A stretch of DNA of 64,000 nt from Acidobacteriota bacterium (GTDB lineage Bacteria > Acidobacteriota > UBA6911 > RPQK01 > JAJDTT01), in the NCBI GenBank assembly GCA_965263035.1, contig OZ253580.1:1504001-1568000 (forward strand), read 5' to 3'. The position numbers and the translations under genes are program-made. Below the pieces are notes generated by a model. The model saw only the letters and a program-made list of their open reading frames with translations. It was not told where the DNA came from and ran no database searches. Shown piece by piece: positions 39,860-49,028 of this stretch. How positions within the stretch are numbered: position 1 is the first letter of the stretch; every line of letters begins with the position of its first letter.

Positions 39860-42571
39860 TCAAAAGGAGTATTTTAGCGCGACTTCGATCTCCCGGGAAC
39901 GATGAGCTCCGAAGATCTTTCCGAAGAGTGACGTCCCGACCACTGCCTCGGGTCGGAGGAAGTTGACCTGGTTGAAGGCATTGAAGAGTTCCACACGAAT
40001 CTCCACCAGATCGCCGTTGATCAGCCGGGTCTGCTTGATGAGGCTGATATCCCACGCATGATAACCGGGCCGCCTCAGGATGTTTCGGCCGGAATTACCG
40101 AAGGCATAGGGAGCCGGTTCAGTAAAGTCGCCGATCGGGAACCACATGTCCACCGAGGATTCGAACCGGTCGCCCGGCGTGATGGCGATCCGGTCCGCCC
40201 GGTCTCCCCCAAGGCCGTCGTTGTTCCCGTCTCCCGGCCCGTAGACACTGAAGGGTGTCCCGTCCTGGATGCGGGTAATCCCCGACAGGCGCCAGCCGTC
40301 CACCAACTGCAGCAATGGGTTCCGTCCCTCGGAATCCAGTGTCCGCTCCCGGCCCGGAGGCAGGTCGATGATGTAGTTCAAGGAGAACTGCCGAATCGGG
40401 ACCCCGCGGGACGACGCCCTCTCGGCCTCCAGGTCTCGAGGGTTCGACGGTTCTCGGGAAAAACGATCATCCAGGGAACGGTGGAAGGTAAAGGCCGACC
40501 TGAGAGATACGCCGTCGCTCAGCCGCCGCTCCGCCGCCAGATTCATCTGGTGGCTGTTCCCGGAGGATGCACCGGTCAGGATCTCAAACCGGCCGTAAGC
40601 GGGGTTCGGACGCCGCGACTGGATGGGGCCCGGCGCCGGGAGGGGGACGTTTCCGGGAAGCACCCGGCTCCACCCGGTTCTCCTGTTCCCGTAGTAGGAG
40701 GCCTGTAAATGCCAGACCTCCTTGAAGTCGTTCTCCAGAGTCAACCTCCAGGCCTGAACGTAAGGAGTTCTCAGCCGGGTCTCGATACCCCGGACCACCA
40801 GCTCGGGAGGCGCTACGTTCTCGAATGGATTCGCCAGATCCAGATCGGGACTGTCTACCGGGGATTGGGCACTCTCCGTATAGTAGAAAGGATAGTTCTT
40901 CCCCAGATAGCGGCTGAAGCTATTGCTCCCGACTACCGAGTAGTAGAGGGAGTAGGAGGCCCGGAGCACCATCCGGTTGGTCCTGAAGGGTTTGTAGGAC
41001 AAGCCGATCCGGGGCGCCCAGTCGTTGCGATCGGGGAATACCAGTCCGCCCTTCCCTGCCTTTCCCAGGCCGAGAGCCCGGGCTTCGGGGCTGTCGGCCA
41101 CGACGATCCGGCCCGCGGGCGGGGGTTCGAACAGGAGCGGAAAGAAACCGGAGATGTTGTCACTGGTGGACCGGTAGGGCGAAGTGTATTGATAGGAGAC
41201 CCCACCCGTCAGCGCCAGAATCGGACTCACCCGCCACCGGTCCCGGATATAGGCCTGCCATTGGTTGCGGCGCAAGTCGGTCCTGTCCGATCCGACCGTC
41301 CGCGAGGCCACACTGGGTAGCCCCAGAACGAAATCCGAAAACCCGTCACCGGTGTAGAACCCGCTGAATTCGAATTCGCCGCGGCCGCGGCCTTCGATAT
41401 GGGTGTCATTGAGCTGACGGTTGACCAGGCTCGTTGCGATGGTCAGGGTGTGCTCCCTGAGCACCGTAGTGGTGGAGTACGAAACGGAATACCGGTTGCT
41501 GAGCCACTTGTAGGGAGACCTCGAATCCCCGAAGGAAGCGTAACCGGTGACGTCGAAGTCGGGGTAGCCTTCGGTCAGGGCATCGGGAGCTGCCAGTCCG
41601 GAAATACCCATCGACTCCAGGAGACCTGCCCGGCCGGAGTTGGGTGACGCGCTCAGGCCCAGGTAGCGATTGTATCCGATGGAGCCTTGGGTGACCCACC
41701 GGCTCCCCAGGGTCCGGTTGTGGGAGAGGCTCACGGATTGGCTGCGGAGCGTCCGATTCCAGCCGAAGGCGGGGAGGGGATGGACCAACTTCCCGTCGCC
41801 GTCCATCAGCGAGTACCGGAGGTAGCTCTTGGCATCGTCGTCGCCGGCATAGTCGAATCGAAAGAGATAGGTGTCCCGGTTGGTCACCCGGGGCTGGTTG
41901 TTGACGAAATTCCGGTCGGGGTCCGGGCGATTGGGATCGGGAATCACCGGGAACAGGTTCCGGGCGACCGGATGCAACCGGCTCTGAGGAATCTGATTTC
42001 CGGGAAATGGTTCTCCCGTCACCGGATCGACAAGGGGGGTCTCGATGCTGCTGAAATCACCCTGCTTCATCTCCGGAACGGGTACGTGGGAAAGGAGGGT
42101 CGATCCCTGGATGATGCGCAGGCTCTGGAGACTACCGAACAGGTTGATCTTGTCTCCAACCCGAACCCCCAGACTGGCCCCGAACTCGTTTCTCTTGTAT
42201 TCCGGGAGCGGCTGCCCTCCGGGATCGAAGAAGTTTCGCGCATCGAGATTGTCGTTCCGGTGAAACCAATACACCGAACCGTTCAATCTCCCGGACTGTT
42301 TGGCGGGAAACGGGTTGACCATCTCCGCCAGCGAGGAGGTCGAGGTCGAGACGGCCGTTTCGCGGGCCAGTCCGATCTGATAGTCGCGGATCTGATCCAG
42401 GGAGCTCTTCCCGGAACCGGCGCCACTCCCCTGGGAAGCTGCGTCGCCCTGCTGGGGCTTGGCCCGGGCCGAACCCTGATCCCAGATGCCGATCACGAGC
42501 CCAAAGGCGAGCACCGAGTTCAAGACCCGAGACACACCGGCGCCCATCCAGGCTCCACGATGCATATTCAT
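39860..42571 (-). CDS. Oar-type TonB-dependent-receptor-like beta-barrel, apparently plug-less
   Basis: NGSVYWFHRNDNLDARNFF, NEFGASLG, DRNDWAPRIG, FGNSGRN, ELFNAFN, C-terminal ALKYSF; start uncertain (42571/42565/42547). Confidence 0.85.
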   Translation of the reverse strand: MNMHRGAWMGAGVSRVLNSVLAFGLVIGIWDQGSARAKPQQGDAASQGSGAGSGKSSLDQIRDYQIGLARETAVSTSTSSLAEMVNPFPAKQSGRLNGSVYWFHRNDNLDARNFFDPGGQPLPEYKRNEFGASLGVRVGDKINLFGSLQSLRIIQGSTLLSHVPVPEMKQGDFSSIETPLVDPVTGEPFPGNQIPQSRLHPVARNLFPVIPDPNRPDPDRNFVNNQPRVTNRDTYLFRFDYAGDDDAKSYLRYSLMDGDGKLVHPLPAFGWNRTLRSQSVSLSHNRTLGSRWVTQGSIGYNRYLGLSASPNSGRAGLLESMGISGLAAPDALTEGYPDFDVTGYASFGDSRSPYKWLSNRYSVSYSTTTVLREHTLTIATSLVNRQLNDTHIEGRGRGEFEFSGFYTGDGFSDFVLGLPSVASRTVGSDRTDLRRNQWQAYIRDRWRVSPILALTGGVSYQYTSPYRSTSDNISGFFPLLFEPPPAGRIVVADSPEARALGLGKAGKGGLVFPDRNDWAPRIGLSYKPFRTNRMVLRASYSLYYSVVGSNSFSRYLGKNYPFYYTESAQSPVDSPDLDLANPFENVAPPELVVRGIETRLRTPYVQAWRLTLENDFKEVWHLQASYYGNRRTGWSRVLPGNVPLPAPGPIQSRRPNPAYGRFEILTGASSGNSHQMNLAAERRLSDGVSLRSAFTFHRSLDDRFSREPSNPRDLEAERASSRGVPIRQFSLNYIIDLPPGRERTLDSEGRNPLLQLVDGWRLSGITRIQDGTPFSVYGPGDGNNDGLGGDRADRIAITPGDRFESSVDMWFPIGDFTEPAPYAFGNSGRNILRRPGYHAWDISLIKQTRLINGDLVEIRVELFNAFNQVNFLRPEAVVGTSLFGKIFGAHRSREIEVALKYSF

Positions 42572-42609
42572 CTTGCGAAACGAAGGAACGGCAGGACGAT
42601 GGGAGGGGA

Positions 42610-43341
42610 TCACAACACGAGCGCCCCTTCCACCAACATGTCGGAAACCAAAAAATTGACGTGCAACCGACGGTACACCGACGAAATGTTGACCTCGAAA
42701 TTGACTTCCTTCTGGTCCGGCGAAACCACCGGAACACCGTCGATCCGACGGGGAAAGACGAACTTGGCCCCCACTGCCTCCTCTCTGGGGGCGAAGTAGG
42801 CGGCCAGTTCGATCCGCGGAAAGCCCTCGGTGGCCAGATACGCCCGGTCTCTCATGGTCTCCAGCGTTTGGGAATCGAAGAAACGCTTCACGCTGAGCTC
42901 CATGTTGGGGTTGTTGGACCGGAAACTGATGGTGACCACGATCCAACGGCTCACGTCCAAGTTCAGACCGGGGGCGATGCCGGCATCGAGACGGATCTTC
43001 TCTGCCCGTGTCATCTCGTCGTAGCCGTTTTGAATCTGTTGAATACGAGCATAGGCGCGACGGATGGGCGGGGCCGAAAGCAGCCGGACGAAGAAGGTAT
43101 TGAAGATTTCCTTTTCCCCGTGAATCCCGCTGCCGACACCTCCCACGACTCGGGTATAGGTCTGCTTCCGGGCCCAGGGAGACCGGTTCAGGATCCGGGT
43201 GGCTTCAGCCAGAGTCCAGCTGGAGAAACCCTTTTGCAGGATCTGTCGGGTATCCGGAACGGCGGCGGCGACCGACAAACCGAGCAGTGAGATCAGGCCC
43301 GCTCGCAGCAGCAATGGAACTCCTCGAAAGATTCCGGTCAA
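42610..43341 (-). CDS. Secreted hypothetical protein
   Basis: Signal peptide ending AAA; WTLAEATRILNRSPWA; co-oriented just upstream of the barrel gene. Confidence 0.75.
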   Translation of the reverse strand: MTGIFRGVPLLLRAGLISLLGLSVAAAVPDTRQILQKGFSSWTLAEATRILNRSPWARKQTYTRVVGGVGSGIHGEKEIFNTFFVRLLSAPPIRRAYARIQQIQNGYDEMTRAEKIRLDAGIAPGLNLDVSRWIVVTISFRSNNPNMELSVKRFFDSQTLETMRDRAYLATEGFPRIELAAYFAPREEAVGAKFVFPRRIDGVPVVSPDQKEVNFEVNISSVYRRLHVNFLVSDMLVEGALVL

Positions 43342-43483
43342 TCCCCTCAGTCAGGAACTCACACTCCGCCGGACCGCGCCTGTCAAACCCGGCGACGGCT
43401 TACGAAAAGCTTAACATATACGACTGCGCTCCCCGCAGGCCGGAGAGCATGAAGATCGAATGAGCGGGTGACGGCGTTGCCCG

Positions 43484-45019
43484 TCAGGTGCCGGATGAAC
43501 CGATCGATTCGGGCCTGTAGCCTCCCCGCGAGCGGAAATAGGCGATCAAGATGAGATAGCAGGCCAGCATGATGAGGGGAAGCACCGCGATCCTGGCCAG
43601 CGTCCCCTGTTTGGAGACCACCACCACCTCGCCGACCCGCTCCCGGCTCTCCTGGTCGAGACTTCCCAATACGGACTGGTCCAAGGCGTTGTACCGCCCC
43701 AGAAGTCCCAGCTTCTCGGTCATGACCTGGGTGTGCAGGGCCTGGTCCTCCTGCTTCATCATGCGATCGAACGCCTGGTCCTGAAAGGTGCCGATCAGGG
43801 GTCCGCCCAGAACCCCCACCGCCAGCATCCCGACCCCCGCGATGGCGTTGAGGGTCAAGGCCCCGCCGCGGGGAAAGGACTCGCTCACGACTCCCAGAGT
43901 CGCCGGCCAGAAGAAGGTCTTGCCCACGCCGTAGAGAGTGGCGGCCAGGAAAACCACTGAGGCGGCCTGGCCGGCCGAGGACAACCAGTAGAGGCCGCCC
44001 GCGGCGATGAGAGCCGAGGCGGCCAGCAGGCCCAAGGGGGAGATGCGGTGGGTGATGGGACCGGCGAAGAAGCGAAGGATGAACATGATGAGCGAGGTGT
44101 AGATCAGCACCAGGGCGCCGGCGTTGGGACTGGCCAGCACGTAGCTCATCAGGTCGGCGATCCAACTGTCGGTCCCCAACTCGGTGGTCGCGAGGGGCAT
44201 CATGATCAGCAGCAGGAAGATGAACATGGGCCTGCCCAGCGAGCGGACGAAGTACATGAACGCGGCCGTCGGCGCCAAGACCAGGACCACCTGCATCCAC
44301 GGTTCGAGTGCGCTCTGGTGGACCAGCAGGATCTGATCCAGTCCCTGCACCAGCAGATAGCAGACGATCAGGCAACTCGCCGCGCCGAATTCCCGGAGCA
44401 TGTCCAGGTAGGGGACTCCGGCGGCCACCCGCTCCTGGACGGGAAACTTCCGGCCCAGCAGCAGGAACCCGTAGAGAATGGTGGGAATCACCACCAGACC
44501 CACCTTCCACTGCCAAAGACTGCCAGGAAGCCCTCCCAGGGTGTCCCCCGTTCCCAGGGTCATGGCCAGAAGCCCGCCCAGGACCAGACCTCCGGGCCAG
44601 CCGGCGTGGAGCACGCTCAAGTAGTGAGTCTTCTGCTTGTCGTAGATGGTGGCCACCACCGGATTGATCACCGCTTCGACGATCCCGTTGGAGAGGGCGA
44701 ACAGGAAGGTGCCCAGGTACAGGGTCGAGAAGTCTCCGGCGAAAATGGTGATCACGGCTGAGGCCAGGTGACCCGCGAAGGCCAGCACCATGGAGACTCC
44801 GTAACCGATCCGGTCCACCACCAGACTGAAGAGAATGATGGAGATGGCAAAGGGGTAGAGCCCCGCTCCCACCAGGTACCCGATCTGTTCCCCGCTGAGA
44901 TTGAACTGGGCCCGCCAGTCATCCAGGATCATGGCTCGAACCACAAATCCGAAGGCGGTGGCCACCAGCGCAAAGAAACACCCCAGAAACAGCCTTCGTC
45001 CGCCGATTCCATTCGACAT
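43484..45019 (-). CDS. MFS transporter (FucP-like sugar permease)
   Basis: DRIGYG, GIVEAVINP, LHAGWPGG, GKTFFWP; about 12-14 TMs. Confidence 0.88.
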   Translation of the reverse strand: MSNGIGGRRLFLGCFFALVATAFGFVVRAMILDDWRAQFNLSGEQIGYLVGAGLYPFAISIILFSLVVDRIGYGVSMVLAFAGHLASAVITIFAGDFSTLYLGTFLFALSNGIVEAVINPVVATIYDKQKTHYLSVLHAGWPGGLVLGGLLAMTLGTGDTLGGLPGSLWQWKVGLVVIPTILYGFLLLGRKFPVQERVAAGVPYLDMLREFGAASCLIVCYLLVQGLDQILLVHQSALEPWMQVVLVLAPTAAFMYFVRSLGRPMFIFLLLIMMPLATTELGTDSWIADLMSYVLASPNAGALVLIYTSLIMFILRFFAGPITHRISPLGLLAASALIAAGGLYWLSSAGQAASVVFLAATLYGVGKTFFWPATLGVVSESFPRGGALTLNAIAGVGMLAVGVLGGPLIGTFQDQAFDRMMKQEDQALHTQVMTEKLGLLGRYNALDQSVLGSLDQESRERVGEVVVVSKQGTLARIAVLPLIMLACYLILIAYFRSRGGYRPESIGSSGT

Positions 45020-45088
45020 GAATCCACCTTTCGTCTGAACCGGATCAATACGTGGCAGCCCGGAAGGGTCCGCTCCGACGTCTACGAA

Positions 45089-45117
45089 AGTTTGAGCCCG
45101 CCGCCGGCAAGTGTCAA
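45089..45117 (-). promoter_or_regulatory. Sigma70-type promoter of the MFS gene
   Basis: TTGACA-17 bp-CAAACT on the minus strand. Confidence 0.45.
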
Positions 45118-45145
45118 TCGCCGCCCCACTCTCTTCTGAGAAACC

Positions 45146-45185
45146 GAGGAAAGAGCAAAGAGGAAAGAGAAAAAAGTGAAGAAAG
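45146..45185. repeat. Purine tract with degenerate 7-bp periodicity
   Basis: GAGGAAA GAGCAAA GAGGAAA GAGAAAA. Confidence 0.5.
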
Positions 45186-45377
45186 GCGCGTAGTTTACGC
45201 GTAGCGGGCACCTCTACCGAAAACGATCTGGTTAAGGATTCTGGAGCCAGATTGGTTCGAAGGCTTGTTTCTTCCATGAATCCTCCGGAGCCGAGCCGGT
45301 GAGGGAGCTTTCCTCTTTCCTTCCCGGCTTGGTAGGATCTGGACCCTGTCCGGTACCGGGCGACAAGACCACGCGAG

Positions 45378-47846
45378 ATGGAGACCACCTGCGTCATTCT
45401 CTGCGGCGGACACGGTAGGCGCATGGGCTCCTCCCGGCACCACAAGGTCTGTTTTCCCATCGCCGGCGTCCCGGCCATCGTTCGCATCATCGACACCCTC
45501 AAGGCCGCCGGTCTGAAACATTTTCTGCTGGTCGTGGGCCAACAGGCCGTCGACGTCATGGAGACGGTGACCCAAGTCCACCCCGACGTCTCCTTCGCCT
45601 ACCAACCCGAAGCTCTGGGTACGGGACATGCGGCCGAGTGCGCCGCCCGGGTCCTTCGCGACCGGCGTGCCGACGGCGACATCCTGATCACCATGGGAGA
45701 CAAGGTCATTCAGACCCACGTGGTGAGAGACCTGATGGAACGCCACCGGGCGGAGGCCGCCGACCTGACGCTTGCGGCTCTCGCCAAGGAGCCGAACAGC
45801 ACCGCCGGCCGGATCCTGCTGGACTCGGAGTCACGGCCCCTGGCCGTGGTCGAGCTGGCCGACATCCGCCGCTCATCGGAGACCGGGGTCCCCATCACGG
45901 TCGCGGGTCAGGAGATTTCCGGCGCCGAAGTCGAGTCCGGGAGCCGATTGCTCAACACCTCCCTCTACCTCTTCAGAGCCGAAACCCTGCACGCCTCCCT
46001 GTCGGGCCTCGCGGCCGGCAACGCCCAACAGGAGCTCTATCTGACGGACACGGTCGAGCAGGTTTCCGGAACCGGGGGCACGACCTCGGTCCTGGAGGTG
46101 GCCGATCCCCAGGATCTCATGGGCTTCAACACCCCGGAGGAGCTGCTCCGAATCGAGGAGACCCTGGGTCGGCGCAAGCTCCTCAGAGACGGTCCGTCGG
46201 AGCCTGTCCCCCGGATCGACCCGGGCCGCCTGAAACCGGCGGGCGAATGGCTGGAGATCCTGGACCGGAAGCCCTCGTCCCTGCGGCGCTCTCTGACACA
46301 GGTCTACGGCTTGGACGGAGTCCTCCTGGAGCCGCGCATTCGTGCCTACCGGCGCCTGCTGGAACGGTTCATCGACAGCCATGGCGCCTCTCGTCCCGTG
46401 GTCCTGGCCCGAGCTCCGGGCCGCCTCAACCTCATGGGACGGCACGTGGACCACCGGGGCGGCTACGTGAATACCATGGCCATCAACCGGGAGATCCTGT
46501 TGGCGGCCTCTCCCCGGGACGACGACAGCGTCAGCCTTCGGCACCTCTCTGCGGACGAATTTCCCGAAAGAACCTTTCGCATCCGCGATCTGCTGCCGGA
46601 CACCGACTGGCTCGCCTGGATGGACTTCATCAGTTCCTATACCGTCAACCAGTTTCTCAGCGTCTCGCGGGGTGACTGGAGCAACTACGCCCGGGCCGCC
46701 GTGCTGAGACTCCAGCACGCCTACCCGCACCGCCGGTTGCGGGGAATGGACTGCGTCGTCTGGGGGGACATCCCGCTGGGAGCCGGCCTCTCCAGCAGCT
46801 CGGCTCTGGTGGTGGCCATGGCGGAGGCGTCGGTGGCCCTCAACCGGTTGGCACTGACGACGCGGCAATTCGTGGATCTGTGCGGTGAAGGGGAATGGTT
46901 TGTCGGGTCCCGGGGCGGAATCGCCGACCAGGCCGCCATCCGAGGCGGCGAGAGGGACAAGGTCAGCAAGATCGGATTCTTTCCGTTCCGGATCGAAGAG
47001 ACCATCGCCCTGCCCCCGGAGCTGTCGGTCATCATCGCCAACAGTCAGGTCACCGTATCCAAAAGCCATGAGGCCAGACACACCTTCAATCACCGGGTGG
47101 CCTGCTACGACCTGGCCGAGATGCTGCTGCGCAAGAATGCGTCCTTCCTGACATCCATGAAACACCTCAGGGATCTCGACCCCAGGAAGCTGGGTCTGTC
47201 CCGGGCCGAGATCTACCGCCTGCTGAAACAGCTGCCCCCAGAAACCGACCGCCAGAGTCTTCTGAAGCAGCTGCCGGACCAGACCGATCGAGTCGAGGAG
47301 ATCTTCTCGACCCACGACGACGTGGGGAAATATCCCCTGAGAGGGGTCGCCCTCTTCGGCCTCACCGAGTGCCGGCGGAGCGACCGCTTCTCTCGTCTCT
47401 TGAAGGACCGCGATTTTTCCCAGATCGGAGAAATGATGCGGGTCAGCCACGACGGCGATCGCATCGTGCGGTATCACCGGGGCCGATCCCGGCCTTACGC
47501 CGCGGCATGTGACGACCGGCAATTGGACCGTCTGATCCGGGACTCCTTCGCTCCGGACTCCACCAGGAGGGAGTACGCGAGCCTCTGGATGCAGCCGGGC
47601 AGCTACTCCTGCTCCACTCCGAAGATCGATCGGATCGTGGATCTGGCCGGTGCCCAATCCGGGGTCGTGGGGGCTCAACTGTCCGGCGCGGGTCTGGGGG
47701 GGTGCGCCATGATACTGGTCCGAACCGAAGCGGTGGAGCGAATTCTCGCCCACCTGACCCGCACCTTTTATGCGGCCCAGGGCCTGGAGGTCGAGGCCTA
47801 CGTCTGCCGGCCCGTGGCGGGAAGCGGTCTCATCGACTGCCGTTGA
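45378..47846 (+). CDS. Fusion of GlmU-like nucleotidyltransferase and GHMP (galactokinase/galacturonokinase-like) sugar kinase
   Basis: N-half: ILCGGHGRRM, QPEALGTGHA, NAQQELYLTD, GFNT. C-half: PGRLNLMGRHVDHRGG, PLGAGLSSSSA, ADQ, SGAGLGGC. Confidence 0.85.
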   Translation: METTCVILCGGHGRRMGSSRHHKVCFPIAGVPAIVRIIDTLKAAGLKHFLLVVGQQAVDVMETVTQVHPDVSFAYQPEALGTGHAAECAARVLRDRRADGDILITMGDKVIQTHVVRDLMERHRAEAADLTLAALAKEPNSTAGRILLDSESRPLAVVELADIRRSSETGVPITVAGQEISGAEVESGSRLLNTSLYLFRAETLHASLSGLAAGNAQQELYLTDTVEQVSGTGGTTSVLEVADPQDLMGFNTPEELLRIEETLGRRKLLRDGPSEPVPRIDPGRLKPAGEWLEILDRKPSSLRRSLTQVYGLDGVLLEPRIRAYRRLLERFIDSHGASRPVVLARAPGRLNLMGRHVDHRGGYVNTMAINREILLAASPRDDDSVSLRHLSADEFPERTFRIRDLLPDTDWLAWMDFISSYTVNQFLSVSRGDWSNYARAAVLRLQHAYPHRRLRGMDCVVWGDIPLGAGLSSSSALVVAMAEASVALNRLALTTRQFVDLCGEGEWFVGSRGGIADQAAIRGGERDKVSKIGFFPFRIEETIALPPELSVIIANSQVTVSKSHEARHTFNHRVACYDLAEMLLRKNASFLTSMKHLRDLDPRKLGLSRAEIYRLLKQLPPETDRQSLLKQLPDQTDRVEEIFSTHDDVGKYPLRGVALFGLTECRRSDRFSRLLKDRDFSQIGEMMRVSHDGDRIVRYHRGRSRPYAAACDDRQLDRLIRDSFAPDSTRREYASLWMQPGSYSCSTPKIDRIVDLAGAQSGVVGAQLSGAGLGGCAMILVRTEAVERILAHLTRTFYAAQGLEVEAYVCRPVAGSGLIDCR

Positions 47847-47870
47847 CCCGCAGGAGGAAGGCGAGAAGAC

Positions 47871-49028
47871 ATGGAATCCACCCGGTATGAAGGTCGAGAC
47901 TATCGGACCGGCAACTCCGTCTCCGTCGGCGTGACGGGTGAGACCATCATCGATGTCCGGCCGGAGGTCCGCGCCGAGCCCGGCCTCTGGATCGCTCCGG
48001 CCCTGTTGGACATCCAGCTCAATGGCTTCGGAGGTTACGGGTTCAACGAAGCGGAGACTTCGCCGGAATCGGTGGTGCAGGTGGTCCGGAGTCAGTGGCG
48101 GGCCGGAATCGGCGCCTTCCTGCCCACCGTGACCACCCACTCCCGGGACCGGATGCTTCGATCCGTGAGAGCCATCACCGGTGCTTGCCGCGATCCCCGG
48201 ATCCGCCGCTCGATCCTGGGAATCCACCTGGAGGGTCCCCACATCTCACCCCTGGACGGCCCCCGGGGAGCTCATCCGCTGGAACATGTCCGGCTTCCCG
48301 CGTGGGACGAATTCCTCCGGATGCAGGAAGCCGCCAACGGCGAAGTTCTGCTGGTGACGCTGGCTCCCGAGCTGGAGGGAACCGTCCCCTTCATAGAGCG
48401 CCTGGTGGACGCAGGCGTCGTGGTCGCCATCGGCCACACCAACGCCTCGGCACACGACCTGGACGCCGCCATCGAGGCCGGCGCCCGGCTCTCGACCCAC
48501 CTGGGAAACGGGGCCCACTCGTTACTTCCCCGGCATCCCAACTACATCTGGGAGCAACTGTCCAGAGATCGCCTCGACTGCAGCGTCATCGCCGACGGAC
48601 ACCACCTCCCCGCTTCCGTTCTCAAGTGCATTCTGCGGTGCAAGGGAGTGGAGCGCACCATCCTCATCAGCGACGCCGTCACCCCGGCCGGACTGCCTCC
48701 CGGCACCTATCCGGCGGCGGGGGGAGAGGTGGAGGTGGCCGCCAACGGCCGGATCTCACTGGCCGGAACGCCCTACCTGGCCGGGGCCGGAGCCCATCTG
48801 GGCCAAGGCGTTTCCAAACTGGTCCGCATGGGAGTGGCATCCCGCCGGGACGCCCTTCGGATGGCCAGTCTCCATCCCGCCCGGCTCCTCGCTCGAGACG
48901 ACCGGATGGGAGCCTTGGAAGCGGGGAAACTGGCCAACCTGATTCAGTACTCGTGGACGGACGAGGGGATCCGCGTCCATCGAACCGTGGTCGGCGGTCA
49001 GGTGGTCTTCGGCGACGGCGCCGATTGA
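47871..49028 (+). CDS. nagA: N-acetylglucosamine-6-phosphate deacetylase family
   Basis: DIQLNG, GIHLEGP, GAH, TLAPE, GHT, THLGNG, IADGHH, ISDA. Confidence 0.88.
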   Translation: MESTRYEGRDYRTGNSVSVGVTGETIIDVRPEVRAEPGLWIAPALLDIQLNGFGGYGFNEAETSPESVVQVVRSQWRAGIGAFLPTVTTHSRDRMLRSVRAITGACRDPRIRRSILGIHLEGPHISPLDGPRGAHPLEHVRLPAWDEFLRMQEAANGEVLLVTLAPELEGTVPFIERLVDAGVVVAIGHTNASAHDLDAAIEAGARLSTHLGNGAHSLLPRHPNYIWEQLSRDRLDCSVIADGHHLPASVLKCILRCKGVERTILISDAVTPAGLPPGTYPAAGGEVEVAANGRISLAGTPYLAGAGAHLGQGVSKLVRMGVASRRDALRMASLHPARLLARDDRMGALEAGKLANLIQYSWTDEGIRVHRTVVGGQVVFGDGAD

